Assembly (NCBI RefSeq): GCF_003918875.1
Contig: NW_025765147.1
Coordinates: forward strand, 186,001-248,687
Source of the DNA: Haliotis rubra
Taxonomy: Eukaryota
DNA: 62,687 nt
Reading direction: 5' to 3'
Each line of letters starts with the position of its first letter. Positions within the stretch are counted from its first letter, which is position 1. The notes under the pieces were generated by a model. It was not told where the DNA came from. It saw only the letters and a list, made by a program, of their open reading frames with translations, and searched no databases. This document shows, in pieces, positions 34,001 to 46,108 of the stretch. The position numbers and the translations under genes were made by a program.

Positions 34001-37000
34001 CAGAAACCAATTCCATTTAGCATGAAGTACATGGAATGGAAGAATTCGTTTACACAGTTCCTGTCTGGAGAAGTCATGCCTACTACACCTGTGTCTGCAC
34101 CATGTTCATCCTCTGGTCCCTCATGTTGAGGACGACGATGAAGAAGTTCACTTTCTCCTCCACAAGCGCCTCATTCATCAAGATGTCAAGACCGATGAAA
34201 GTACCTGTCCGACCCACTCCAGCACTAGTGGACAAACAAACGTATTTCTGTACCACTGGTTGTGTTCCTATTTTAGACAACGTGTTAACCCAACAGCAGT
34301 ATTACTACTTCTTGTAACGTTTTGCGAAAGCAAACATTTATGGATGTTTACGTTTCGGTGTATATTCTTATTCCTTCACCTCATCCTCTTTATTTTGAGG
34401 AACAAGACATTTCTGAGAATGTTAACGTTTTTACTCCTTCATCAGGTGTAGGAGTAAGAATATATTCCGAAACGTACATGTAGTGTTCCTCAAAACAGAG
34501 AAGGTGACATCCATACATCTTTACCTTGTGTATTACTTCTAAATGCCGTTTAAAGAACTTACTTTTATTTAGATTTGAATATTAACAATATCTGTTGCAA
34601 TAAAATTTGGTCCTCATGGGTTGAACCGATTATAGAAGCCTTAAGATTCGCCGATACTTCTTGGAACGTATTGCCTGCTTTGTCTGCCTTTTCTCCCACT
34701 ATTGTCACACTATTAAAGGAATCGGAAGATTAGCCTAACTCACCCTATATCTCAACTAATGAGGTTACAAGATGTCCATGTTGCCGAGCTTTGTGATGTA
34801 TTAATAGGATCCTTATTCAGTGAATATTAGAAGGAATTTAAGGACTTTATATAATCAAGTTGAGTCAATTTCTGGTCTTAACAACCAGCACCAAGACCAT
34901 ATGCATTAACACTACCAACAACCTTGATGGATCAACGTTTATCTTTCACATATTTCAGATAAATTATTTTGGTGTTTTGGAATTTGTCAAACTGCATGCA
35001 ATTTCTTTTATTTCGACATGGCAAACACATTGTAAAAAGCAAATACGATACAGTGATACCTGCAGTGGACAATTATTGGTCCTGCTTGTCCGTCATTTTG
35101 CTTGCTGCATATGTTGACATGTCTCCAGAAATTGACGAGAGAGGGCGCCGTGGGAACTCCATGGTCTGGCCACGAGGTGTAGTGGTACTGGGTCACTTCA
35201 CGCCGAGTGTCCTCCTGAAAATATGCCACTTATAAAAACTGAAAGACGACAATAGGAAAGGTGACCCAATGGCGATAACTCAATCTGTTGTAATCTCTTC
35301 AAGGTATTGAACATCTATGAACAGCTGAGTTTATACTAATTTTCTCAGGGGCATCCTGAGTCAGTCGACGAACGAACTGATAATAATTCATGGTTTGTCT
35401 ACAGCATACCAGTGTTCTTTGATTTGACCGAAATATTCAAACGTCTCAGACGTACGTCTCTTTAGCATGGGTACCACCCTGGTTATGTCTACACGTGACA
35501 TTAGACTCTCCCTTACCAGAGAGATTTGGACTTTGACTATCAAACGTACCTTACGGTGATGCAGCAAGAAGATGCGAACTGTGTAGTGTGCACGTTCTAT
35601 AGACTTCTCCTGTGTCACAGTGATGTTTCCATAACTACCGCGTTCTCCCTTTCCTAGCCAATACATGTGGCACATGTGCTGAAACGAAAGTAACACTTCA
35701 TTCAAAGATATCCAATTGCACCACATAGTATATTACTATGGACTGTATTTATTGAGGGTATCAAATCATAGTAGTTGTAGAACTAATAGCGTTTGGATAC
35801 GTATCAGAATTGTTTTGATGGCTGTTCTTTGTTGAAACATATTGTTAATTGCCTCTTCCTTGAACGTAACGCATAATTTCTCCACGCACCTGGCCATCTT
35901 CCAGTAGATTGGTGACCATGACGATCTCCCGAGATCCCTCCTGCCAGACCATACTCCAAAAGTCTACAGCCGTCGAGTTCAGGGGACCTGTGAATCATTG
36001 TTGGTATGTGAGTGTGTGTCGTTATATATCGTTCTTACCAACATTCCAGTAATACCAAAACGGTGGACACAAGAAATGGTCTTCTGCAACACCACATGGA
36101 TATCCAACCGTCTCATCATAATTTACATGAAACTGTATGTCTATACACAACATTTCCAAGTTAAAAGAAACTGTATTTTAGATGACATCCAATGCGTGGG
36201 CATACAGGTGTTTGGGTTACACATCGGTCACACAGTATTTCAGATTCAAGTAAGAAGCAAGCAAAACCACCAGCATGGGTATGATTCGAGCAGGCCCGGG
36301 GTTTAGGATCAATCTTGAAGTTGAAACCAGGAAAATAAGTCTGTGAGTCTTCAGGGATGGATATTGTAGCGTGTCAGACTGCTGTATCTCCTGTATCCCA
36401 TGTGATGTGGATGACTAATTATTTTAACTTTGACAACACATATGGCAAATAGAACTTTATACTTACCTTGCGCAGCTATGAATTTCAGAGGACTTTTAAA
36501 GCCCTGAAAAAAAAACCCAATGTATTCTATCAAAGTTCATGATTTCTGTCTGTTTGTTTGTTGTTTAACGCCGCACTATTCAATATACTATAACAATATT
36601 CCATCGAAATGGCGACAGTCTATAAATAATCGAGTCTGGGACAGACAATCCAGTGATCAACAGCATGGGAACTGGAGAACGCATTTGGGATACGATGACA
36701 TGTGTCAACCAAGTCAGCGAGTCTGACTACCCGATTCAGTGGATTCTAACTGGGATCGTCACGGCTTGTTTATGAATGAAACACAATGAAAGCTTATGAG
36801 CTTGGTTTAAATGGCGGATATATAATACGTATAAACGTAATATAATCATGTTTTTGTTATATCATATTTATGCTCTTGCCTCTCTCTACATACGTGTATG
36901 TACGATGCGTTGATATAATCTGCCCCACTTTCGCTCTGTAAGTGCACCCGAGTATCGTCATCTGTTGATGATACGTGACAAATCGAAAGTGGTGCATACG

Positions 37001-40000
37001 AATGATAACATTGTAACGTATGTTATGTATTAACATGTACTGTACCACAGTCACTTTGGCCGAATGGAAAGGGTGAGTGAGTTACTTTGGTTTTTCCAGC
37101 AATGTCATGGCAGGGGACACCGGTAATGTGCTTCAGACATTGCACTCATGAGGGGAATCAACCCGCCTCTTCAGCGTGACGAGCGAACGCTTTATCCACT
37201 TGGCTACCCCACCGTCCCCATACCCGTAGGAATGTGTTGTCAAAACGATTGGCCGATTATCTAACTATATCATACGCATATGCTTATGAATACCTCCCAA
37301 ATGATAAACAAGATGTGTATGAAAATCTTAGGTATGCTGTCCCAACGGTTGGGCCATCACAAACACTTGAAAAGGCAAGTCAAGCATTCGCCACATCATA
37401 TGACGATTTTGTTTTACAATATATCATCATTACATCCATGCATATATATCTTTTATGTTAGAGAATCCAACACGATATAACCGATCCCTGCTGTTTCTTA
37501 AGAACTTAAGACAAATGATGTTACATGCAAATAGTCTGTTGTAGCGGTTCTTTTGGAGATTTTTCTCTCTCGCTGCAGTCTCATATGTGTGAGTGTTCCT
37601 CAGGCCGGCCGGTAACATCTGAAAGAGAGCGGCAGTCATATAAATAGTATTACGTTTTTAAGCATAAACAATAAGTGTTTACATTCTGCAGCAGCGCATG
37701 GCATCTTGACGTAATGCTACTTCCACTGCAAATTAGGGTCCATGCAGGAACCAAATGTACTGTAAGTCCCCATGGTCGCTGGTATGGTGATCTACCTTCA
37801 GTTGTTGGCAATCTATAGCCGGTTTATATATTGTATTGCCATTTAAAAGTAACATATTTTAGATTTTATTACTAGTCTTAAATTTTTCCCTCTGATAATC
37901 TAGTAGTTTTACTGTCCTTTGTCGACAGGTGTTTTATAATGTAATTGTGTTTATTGTTAATTTATAACTTTTTAAGTCACAATATGGCTGAAATATTGCC
38001 GATGTGACTATAAATTTGAACTCACTCACTCCACTGGAAATTTGTTTTTCCAGACTCCAGAGAATACAGATCCTACTACATTTGTTTAGTTGAGTCCAAT
38101 CTGGGATTTATACCCACACTGTCTGACAGAATGGATTAGATGGCTGACTTTGTGTGCTGGCGATTACGTGCCTTACTCTGAGAGTGTGGGTTCGAAATCG
38201 GATGGGACTCAACCCATCAAAGGTACAAGAATCTGTATTTTGCTGAGAAAGTGTAATCCTATATTTAACACCTGTTACGTTTGATCAATATCTAAATTGC
38301 CTTGTGTATCCATAAGATGAAACTGGGAAGGTACTTGCCGCGTACTCCGTGGCGTTGTTAGCATCCAGCTTCTCTCTGATGTAGCTGGGGAGATTCGCCA
38401 CACTAACAGCACTAGGGATGTGGCTCTGGAGGGATCCGTTAAGAGACGCAGATTTTTCCTCCGGGTAAGTAGGTAGTGCCACACTTTTGAACTCATTAAG
38501 ATCAAACACTGTTGAGTTCGGCTGTTCGACTTCATCCATCTTAATTGCTTGATTCCTCACGGCAGCTGATTGATCATTCATGCATTACATGAATATCAAG
38601 TTCTCGTACAACTCTCAACCAACTATCAGTAGATGTTATATATTATGTATTTTTACGAGCCAATATGCACATGTTGACCTATATTAGCCACAACAGTTTG
38701 TCGTTGATGATGCCAATATGCCAATACCATTTTGTATGCTATACTTATGATTTTAGTTATATCAGGTCCCTTCTCGTGCCCTTGGCACTCACTCACCCAA
38801 ACTCATGCACACACGCACGCACGCACTCACTCACTCACGCACCCACCCACCGATCATGCTCGCTCACTCGACAACCAACACACTCACTCGGTATGTAATA
38901 CATTGCTCGGTTACCTCTGGCTTCTGCATCCTTTGGGTTATACCATTTTTTAATTCCATTTCTGAAAAGTATAGAGATCGGTAATGCATACACAAGTGCT
39001 CCAAATGACTAACAGTTTTGGGTGAACCCTTGTGTCAATATTTACAGACAAATTAGAATACGATAAATACGAATTTTAATGACACTCGTGAAATTGAAAC
39101 AGCGGTGTCATATTAACTTGTCCTTGCCTGTGACAAAACAAAATGTGAATACGACGTGATGGTGTTATCAGCAGACACAGATGGGTTTACCTGCAGACAA
39201 CTGCCACTACGACGATAATCAGCAGCAGCACGACCACTCCCACTACTGCAGCAATCATCGTCCCTGAAATTGACAATTCACCAAACTGGAAGTTCTTGAA
39301 AGCAACTGGGTGACATGAAACAACTATTACGTGACTTACTTTACTGACATCGCTCATACATATTGATTAAAACACTTTGCTTCCTACCTCTTGCATGGAT
39401 GTAAATTGATCTGCTCGTTGAAATGTTTAGTAAGCTGTTTGGGTATATCTTAAATTACAAACGTCCTCACGGAAATATAATGTTTTTTGGAGTTTATTTC
39501 GTAGTTTTGAACACAACTAAAGTTTCATTGTTAAATATTCTATGACTATCGTTTTTCACATTTTTTTGTTTTCAACACTTTTCGTAAAATCATCCGAAAT
39601 AGATGAGTTTTACAGGAGAGCAAATGGTGTCATTTGTACCCCTTGAAATTTCGTCAAAGTTAAAATGTACATTTCTGATGCAAGCTATGGTATGCAAATG
39701 AGATGTAATCTCCATAGGTTCGCGTAAATAAGATATTTTATGCATAATGTTATATACCATTCATCCTTCATTTCTAATAAATCTTAATTGACACACAAAA
39801 TAATTGATTTAGGGATTTCCTCATTACATGTTTCATATATTTAACAATGACACTTATTGAAAGTTTACTATTTTTATTTTTACGAGTTGATAGCTTGGAT
39901 TGTCAATTGCACAATCGCTATGGCAACACAATCGCTATAGCAACACAATCGCTTCCCGTCAAAACAGTGCTGCAGGTAGTTGTTACGACCCACTGTTGAT

Positions 40001-43000
40001 AGTGACGTAAGTTATAGCATGTTTCTATTTTATTGAAAATATACAATCTTTTTACCTGTAAAATGGTATTTTGAATGATGAATAGCGGATCAACTTAAAA
40101 GACCTAGTTGGGACAAAACATAGTTATTTTCATATTTGTTAAAACGACCTATTTTAATGAAGTAATAAACAAATAAACTCCCGAAACAATTTTATTTCTA
40201 CTTCCGTGAGTACTTTACACCTCCACCCCCTGCTTGACTGTGTTGAATTCTCCATCATAAGGGATACATATTTCAATATCAAAACAGTAAAGGACCTTTT
40301 TAATAAAGTTAATTATCATTTAATCATTGATTTTTTAAAAGAGATAGATTTGTTACATGAATTTTGATATATGTTTTGTAAATAGAGAAAGTTATACAAT
40401 TGGTAGTTCAGATTATCAACTTAGATTGTTGGTGGCTGTATCCTCAAAGGGAGTTGAAGTAGCGTAAAATTATTGTCCTCCTGAGAGGGTACGTAAGTCC
40501 CCAAAATTGTCAAAGTCAATCTTGCTCAACCATACTTTTAATCGTAGTATATTTGTTTCCTTTAAAATTCGGCTAAACTTTTCCTACAATCGCCAGCGGC
40601 TGAAGAGATGGTGTAAGTCCAACTAAGGTCCATGCAGGTAGCAAAGGTACTGTAAGTCCCCGTGGACCCTAGTATGATCAACTACCTTCAGATGCTGGCG
40701 ATCTATAGCCCGTGTTTTAAATTGTACAGTCTTCTTCAATTAAAATGCTTTAGATTTACATTCTAGTTTTATATTCATATCTGTGATACTCTAGGATTTT
40801 TACTGTCCATCTTCGACAGGTTTAACTCTTCACAACATTTTTATATTGTATGCATTGTTTTTGTCACGATATGGCTGAAATATTGCCGATGTGACGTTAA
40901 ATATTAACTCACTTACTCACTCACACCTCCACCCGCAGGGGCGGATACAACTTTTTGGGAAAGGGGAGGGGGAAGGTGCACACTCTTGAGAAAAGGGAGG
41001 GTGCACACTTCATTTTCACCCGTTTTCACGGGTCATTTAATAAACTTTCAGGACAAAAGCAGGGGTGGCACATGCAACTTAAGAACTTCATGAATATGTA
41101 CACTATTTAATTAAGTTCCATGTTATAATTAAGTAACATTAACAAAGTGGAAGAAACACTAAGCGCCACGCTACTAATAAACAACATCCTCGTGCAGTCT
41201 TAGTAGACATGTCATGAGCAAATAGATTCTCCAAGACAGCATATTTTCATTGATGCAGATGTCAAATTTCAACTCATGAGATCATATATTTTGGATGCGA
41301 CATGTTGTGCCCGCCCAAATTATTCACTCAGTTTGCATTTTGCCTATCAGTATTTCATTTACCTGTATCCGCAACAGCAGGTTGTGTCGTTGGTTTTGTT
41401 TGCGACGTTGTTGAGGTCTCTGTTGGAACTGGTGCAGCGGTGCTTGTTTGGGATGATGTCGTGGGCTTGGTCGTTGTTATGGACGTGGTGGTGGTTGTTG
41501 ACTCTCCTGTATTGGACATAGTAGACATGGTAGAGGACGTTACTATCGGGTCAGCTAAAGAAAACCAGAAATGCATTTCCATATGTTGTATGAACCTTGA
41601 ATTGGACGTAAGGATATCTTAATACCACAAATGTATCTGAAATGAAACGTAATTGCATCAAAACAGAAACGAAACGCTTCGCCTTTGATTTAAACATCAG
41701 GGTACCGTTCCTCAAAGCAATCGTAGCGTTAAGGTGATCGTAACTCCTATGCTTTAACATAGACTTACGACACTCGTAGCGCTACGATCGCTTTGTGGAA
41801 CGGGCCCCAAGTCAGTTGAAGATGACAACCGCACAGAAGTTTGATGGATTTCCTCTTAAATATCTCCGAGAGCCATCGAAATGTGGTACAAGAACATTGT
41901 CTTGAATGTCAGTGATGTACCGTCGCCCATTCAGATTTTGTGTGAACGTGAAACGGTCAAGTTTACAGTCATATGAGGGGAAACACTACACCATAAAATG
42001 AATCCAAGGATTACTTGCTCCAAGATACTCCGTTGTGCAAGTTTAAAGTGTTTCTGCGGTGTTAGTCACGAGCTCGACCATCAGTCATGAACGACGAAAT
42101 CCACTTTCGTCTCACCAGTGGATCCTTCCCCCCTGACGTCAGTGGCATCGAGCTTACACCAAGTTAGTCGCACTGCTGTGAGCTCTGGGGATAACAACGT
42201 GCGTCTGATAGGTTGTCTGGCTCTATACCCTGCCGAAGTTAGGTAGTTTTGGACCAATCTGATGGACAAACGACGATGTGGAAGCCACTCTGATTTAACT
42301 ACGCCACTTGACAAAACGGGTAATGTCTTGGGATTCTGAGAATGCCTGTATCCTCCCTATGAGTTGTGACTCGCGGTCGTCGTGAAAGCTGACGGAACAT
42401 AACATCCTTAGTTTGCTGATGTTTTCTGGCCAGTCGGCTGATGACAACTTAACCATCATCTACTGACAAGCCCTGAACGACATGTTAGCATTCAGTATAC
42501 CAGTAACTTGCCATCTGTGAGAAGTTGTCTGTTAAGGAGGCCCTATATGTGTTTATCAACAATGGCATCAATTCATTTTCCAGGTGTAACAACAGTTTAC
42601 TGAAACTTGACATTTACTTAATGACAGGTGATGCGCGTAATGCTCGCCTTAGACTGGAACACGTGCATAACTAAATTAATGTATTGTACGCCCGATGAGT
42701 CAAAATACTCATTCAAACAAACATAATTATGATATGAATATAAATTGACATATGGGAGTTAAAAATCACAGGTGTTGCGGTACTTTTACCATGTGTATAG
42801 TTAAACGCGAACGATACGTTACGCCGTTACGCATACGGGTACTGATTTAGACATTAGTTCCGTTGAAGATACAAACGTGCATATGAAGGTGAAGGTATTT
42901 CGTGTAGTCACGGCATCGTAGGCCTGTGCTATGCTTTATATTATGAATTCTAATGGTATCGAAGAACGAAATGAGTAAAGTGAGCGAAGGAGTTACAACG

Positions 43001-45367
43001 TATAGTCACATTGACTTTATTTCAGCACCATCCTGACTAAACAAGTTATGAGTGATATATATTTTAATTATACAAACCTGTCGACAAAGGCCAGTATAAG
43101 TAACTAGAAAATCACAGAAACAGTATTGAAAATCTCTAAATATCTCTACAATTTAAGTTATATTTAGAACAATACAAATTACAAACGTTCTATGCATCGC
43201 CAGAAACTGAAGGTAAATCACCATACTAGGGACCATGGGGAAGTACAGTACTGACAGATTTACACGTTCCCTTAAGCCGTTGACACATAAATTGAAATCA
43301 AAACTATTCTACGTTATGAATGCTGATAGACTTATACGTAGGCTGAAAGAGGACCATAATTTTACAATGCTTCAAACTCTGTGTGGATACAGCCACTAAC
43401 AATATCAGGTATTAATATAAACTACAAACTATAAAGCATATACTTGTTTAAAAAACAGGTTTCAAATTTTATGAAACAATTCAATTTCTTATAACAATCC
43501 AATAATTAAATGAGAATTGACATTATGGAAAAGATCCTTCACTGTTTTTACAATGAAATATATATCCTTTGTGATTGAAAAATATGAACAAAATAATGTA
43601 TCGTCATTGACTAAACACATGTACATAAAACTTCTACCGTATATTTCCATAGATTCAGCATCATCGCACCTTCTGTAGGTTGGCGATTTGGTGGTACATT
43701 TGCTGGAATCAGCAATATATCTCTCCTTGTCAAGATTATTTTGTAGTTTTGGAATCAAGTACAAAAGAGGAATGGGCATGTCTTCAGGTGTAATAGTCAA
43801 GACAAACGCTGATAGCGCTGATGAAAGGTTTAGGCAAATACATATATTTCTAGTACCGTATATTTCCACCTCGCAGAAACTCAGATTCAGCATGCTAGCT
43901 GTAGGTTGGCGATATATCCGGAGATGGATCCCCGTCAGGGGTACATCACACTCCAGGGTGTACTCTGCTTCCCACATGTAGGAAGAGTTCGCGATGTGAC
44001 ATATTCTTCCATCTACAGACACATTTACGTCATCCTGTTGATCTGGAATATGTTGAGAAGAATGAACCAAATACCTTACACTAAATACAGATTCGGGTGT
44101 TTTTAGCATTGCTGTAACATAATAGCTGGTCAATTAATGTTTAAGATGTCTCATATAAAGTACTTGTCTGATATAAAGACCTTGTCAGTATTAGTACTAT
44201 TAATTTTGTCCGTATTAGTACGCAGCGGCGTAAAACTTTCGTTATTTTGTGTTTCTGATGACACAGTACCTTCCCAGAATATCTTGATCCTGGTAACTGT
44301 CCTGCTCTGTGTAAACTCCGCCTCCCATGCTGGGTATAAGGACGAGACTGATGCACACGGTCCTGACGTCACACCATCAGTAACCCAGGATGCCTGTCCA
44401 GTGATGGTGTAAGACTTGTTGTCCCCAGATGTAAAGTTACTCGCTGCTATATTATCTGTAATAATAAACAGTATCATTATCCGTGGTATGATAAGTTCAT
44501 CACATTCCAATATGGTGATTCAGGTTGGAATAACTGTACGTACTGCATGTAGAATCCAGAAAATGTTCTTTTACTTCGGCTTGTCATCACGAGTTGTTTA
44601 AAACGTTCCAGTATCTTGCATCAGCTTTCAGCATTAGTCTATTGTTATATCTTCATCTCAATCAGATTGGACACTATTGTATCGTTTTCTGCACTACATT
44701 CTTTATATTGTGTTGCTACTACTTACACTTAATTTAATTTAAAGTAAAAACCTAATGTGCTAACATAAACACTAAACTAATGGCAATGCGATTTAAATGT
44801 ACATGATGTCTTATTGTGCATCATTGACAAACATATTCCGTTCGCAGTTATGGGCAACATATTAAATAAATAGGTAACTGAAAAGCAGGTGTAAATTGTA
44901 ATCCTGACCTGCCTTACCTGTAACAGCCATAATCAAAACATCGATATCAACGTTACCTGCGGTACAGTTCTGGGTGCAGCTGGGGTCTTGGCCGGGCACT
45001 GTAACACACATAGGCTTTGGGTTAACATGTGAATATGGAATGATACATCAGTCCATAAAATGGTCATTCTTTGATTTCAAGGCACGTCGGTGAACGTACA
45101 GTGTATGTTTATTGTGCATTATTTGTTGTGGTTTATGCACATTTATGTTTCCGTTGACCAGAAACGTAGATATTTCCTCATTCTCATCAGATGTATGTTT
45201 GTCTATGTGTTATTAGAATTACTTGTTGTGGTTTATGATCATTTATGTTTCCTTTCACAAGGAACGTAGGTATTTCCTCGTTGGCATCAGATGTAAATGA
45301 GTGTCTCACCTTGCGAGATCCATACAGCCATCAAAATCAAGTAAACAATGGCGTTCTGGGTAATCAT
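31048..45367 (-). CDS. Receptor-type protein tyrosine phosphatase with fucolectin/F5-8C-like ectodomain, mucin stalk, TM and tandem PTP domains (paralog C), 859 aa
   Basis: 23 phase-compatible exons totalling 2580 nt: 45367-45310, 44998-44957, 44443-44270, 44042-43857, 41554-41363, 39263-39191 (TM), 38961-38915, 38565-38339, 37618-37525 (KNRY), 36961-36894 (DYINAS), 36503-36467, 35987-35890, 35678-35550, 35214-35060 (WPDHG, VHC), 34224-34089 ([12 protein letters not shown]), 33827-33702, 33532-33460, 33188-33151, 33001-32885, 32528-32382, 32261-32107, 31729-31594, 31119-31048. Confidence 0.88.
36550..36765 (-). mobile_element. SINE-like family 2, degraded
   Basis: CAGACAATCCAGTGATCAACAGCATG...GACATGTGTCAACCAAGTCAGCGAG. 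Confidence 0.65.
37073..37219 (-). mobile_element. SINE family 1
   Basis: Body and head match the 238 copy. Confidence 0.7.
37735..38029 (+). mobile_element. 5'-truncated I/Nimb LINE (3' UTR only)
   Basis: Matches ~23460-23767; flanked by TSD TCCACTG(C/G)AAATT. Confidence 0.8.
40229..40922 (+). mobile_element. 5'-truncated I/Nimb LINE
   Basis: Matches ~23070-23767; TSD ACACCTCCACCC (40217-40228 / 40923-40934). Confidence 0.85.
41701..41807. mobile_element. Harbinger-like MITE, second copy
   Basis: Same sequence family as 5578-5684; flanked by CAG/CAA. Confidence 0.8.
41830..42800 (-). mobile_element. Degraded Tc1-like transposon
   Basis: Transposase-like residue ([31 protein letters not shown]) and TACAC...AAAAGTACCGCAACAC-type terminus. 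Confidence 0.6.
43075..43620 (-). mobile_element. Degraded I/Nimb LINE 3' end
   Basis: [30 protein letters not shown] plus 3' UTR motifs on the minus strand. Confidence 0.75.
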
Positions 45368-45955
45368 GATTCCACACTTGCTGATTGAGACATGAAATTA
45401 ATTCATCCCTTGAGGCCACACAAGTACATCCATTAAGAAGCAACTAGTTCAGAAATGAAACTACAACCACACCCGTGACAGTTATTCAAGCATGCAATGA
45501 GGTACTCCAACCAGCTCACTTCCTCACAGCCTTTTGCGCATTTGGCTCGACACATTGCCGGTAGATATTCATATATGCGTTGATATATTCACGGAAATAT
45601 ATTCACAGAGATAGGACACATTCAATAAAACGAGCATGGTGTGAACAGTCATCGAAAACTGCGTCCCATGTCCTAGAGTACACAATGAGAAATGTTCAGT
45701 GAAAAGGCCTGCTTCAATGTTCTTACTAAGAGGACATGTAGTGGATTAAAGGATCATATGCAGTGTATTGGAAAACGCCAGTGCGTCAAGATTGTGATCA
45801 TTTTCCTCCTGATAAGCAATATGTGACCAGACTGTTCTCATCACGTGTACCTGTGATAAAATATCAGAGTTATCACTGTAAAATTGCACAAACTAAAAAC
45901 GCCATATATGCAGGTTACAATGGTTGCAAAGCTGCATCCACTTCCTCCTTATCAA

Positions 45956-46108
45956 GGGGGTAGCCTAGTGGTCAAAGCGTTTGCCCGTCACGCCGAGACC
46001 CTGGTTCGATTCACCACGTGGGTACAATGTGTGAAGCCCATTTCTGGTGTTCCTCACCCTGATATTGCTGAAATATTACTAAGAGCGGCGTAAAATTAAA
46101 CTCACTCA
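45956..46108 (+). mobile_element. SINE family 1
   Basis: A/B boxes and ACTC tail. Confidence 0.8.

Noticed and set aside
39388-39410. Extra micro-exon before the PTP TM exon
   Set aside because: The 23-nt candidate breaks phase; the model is in frame without it
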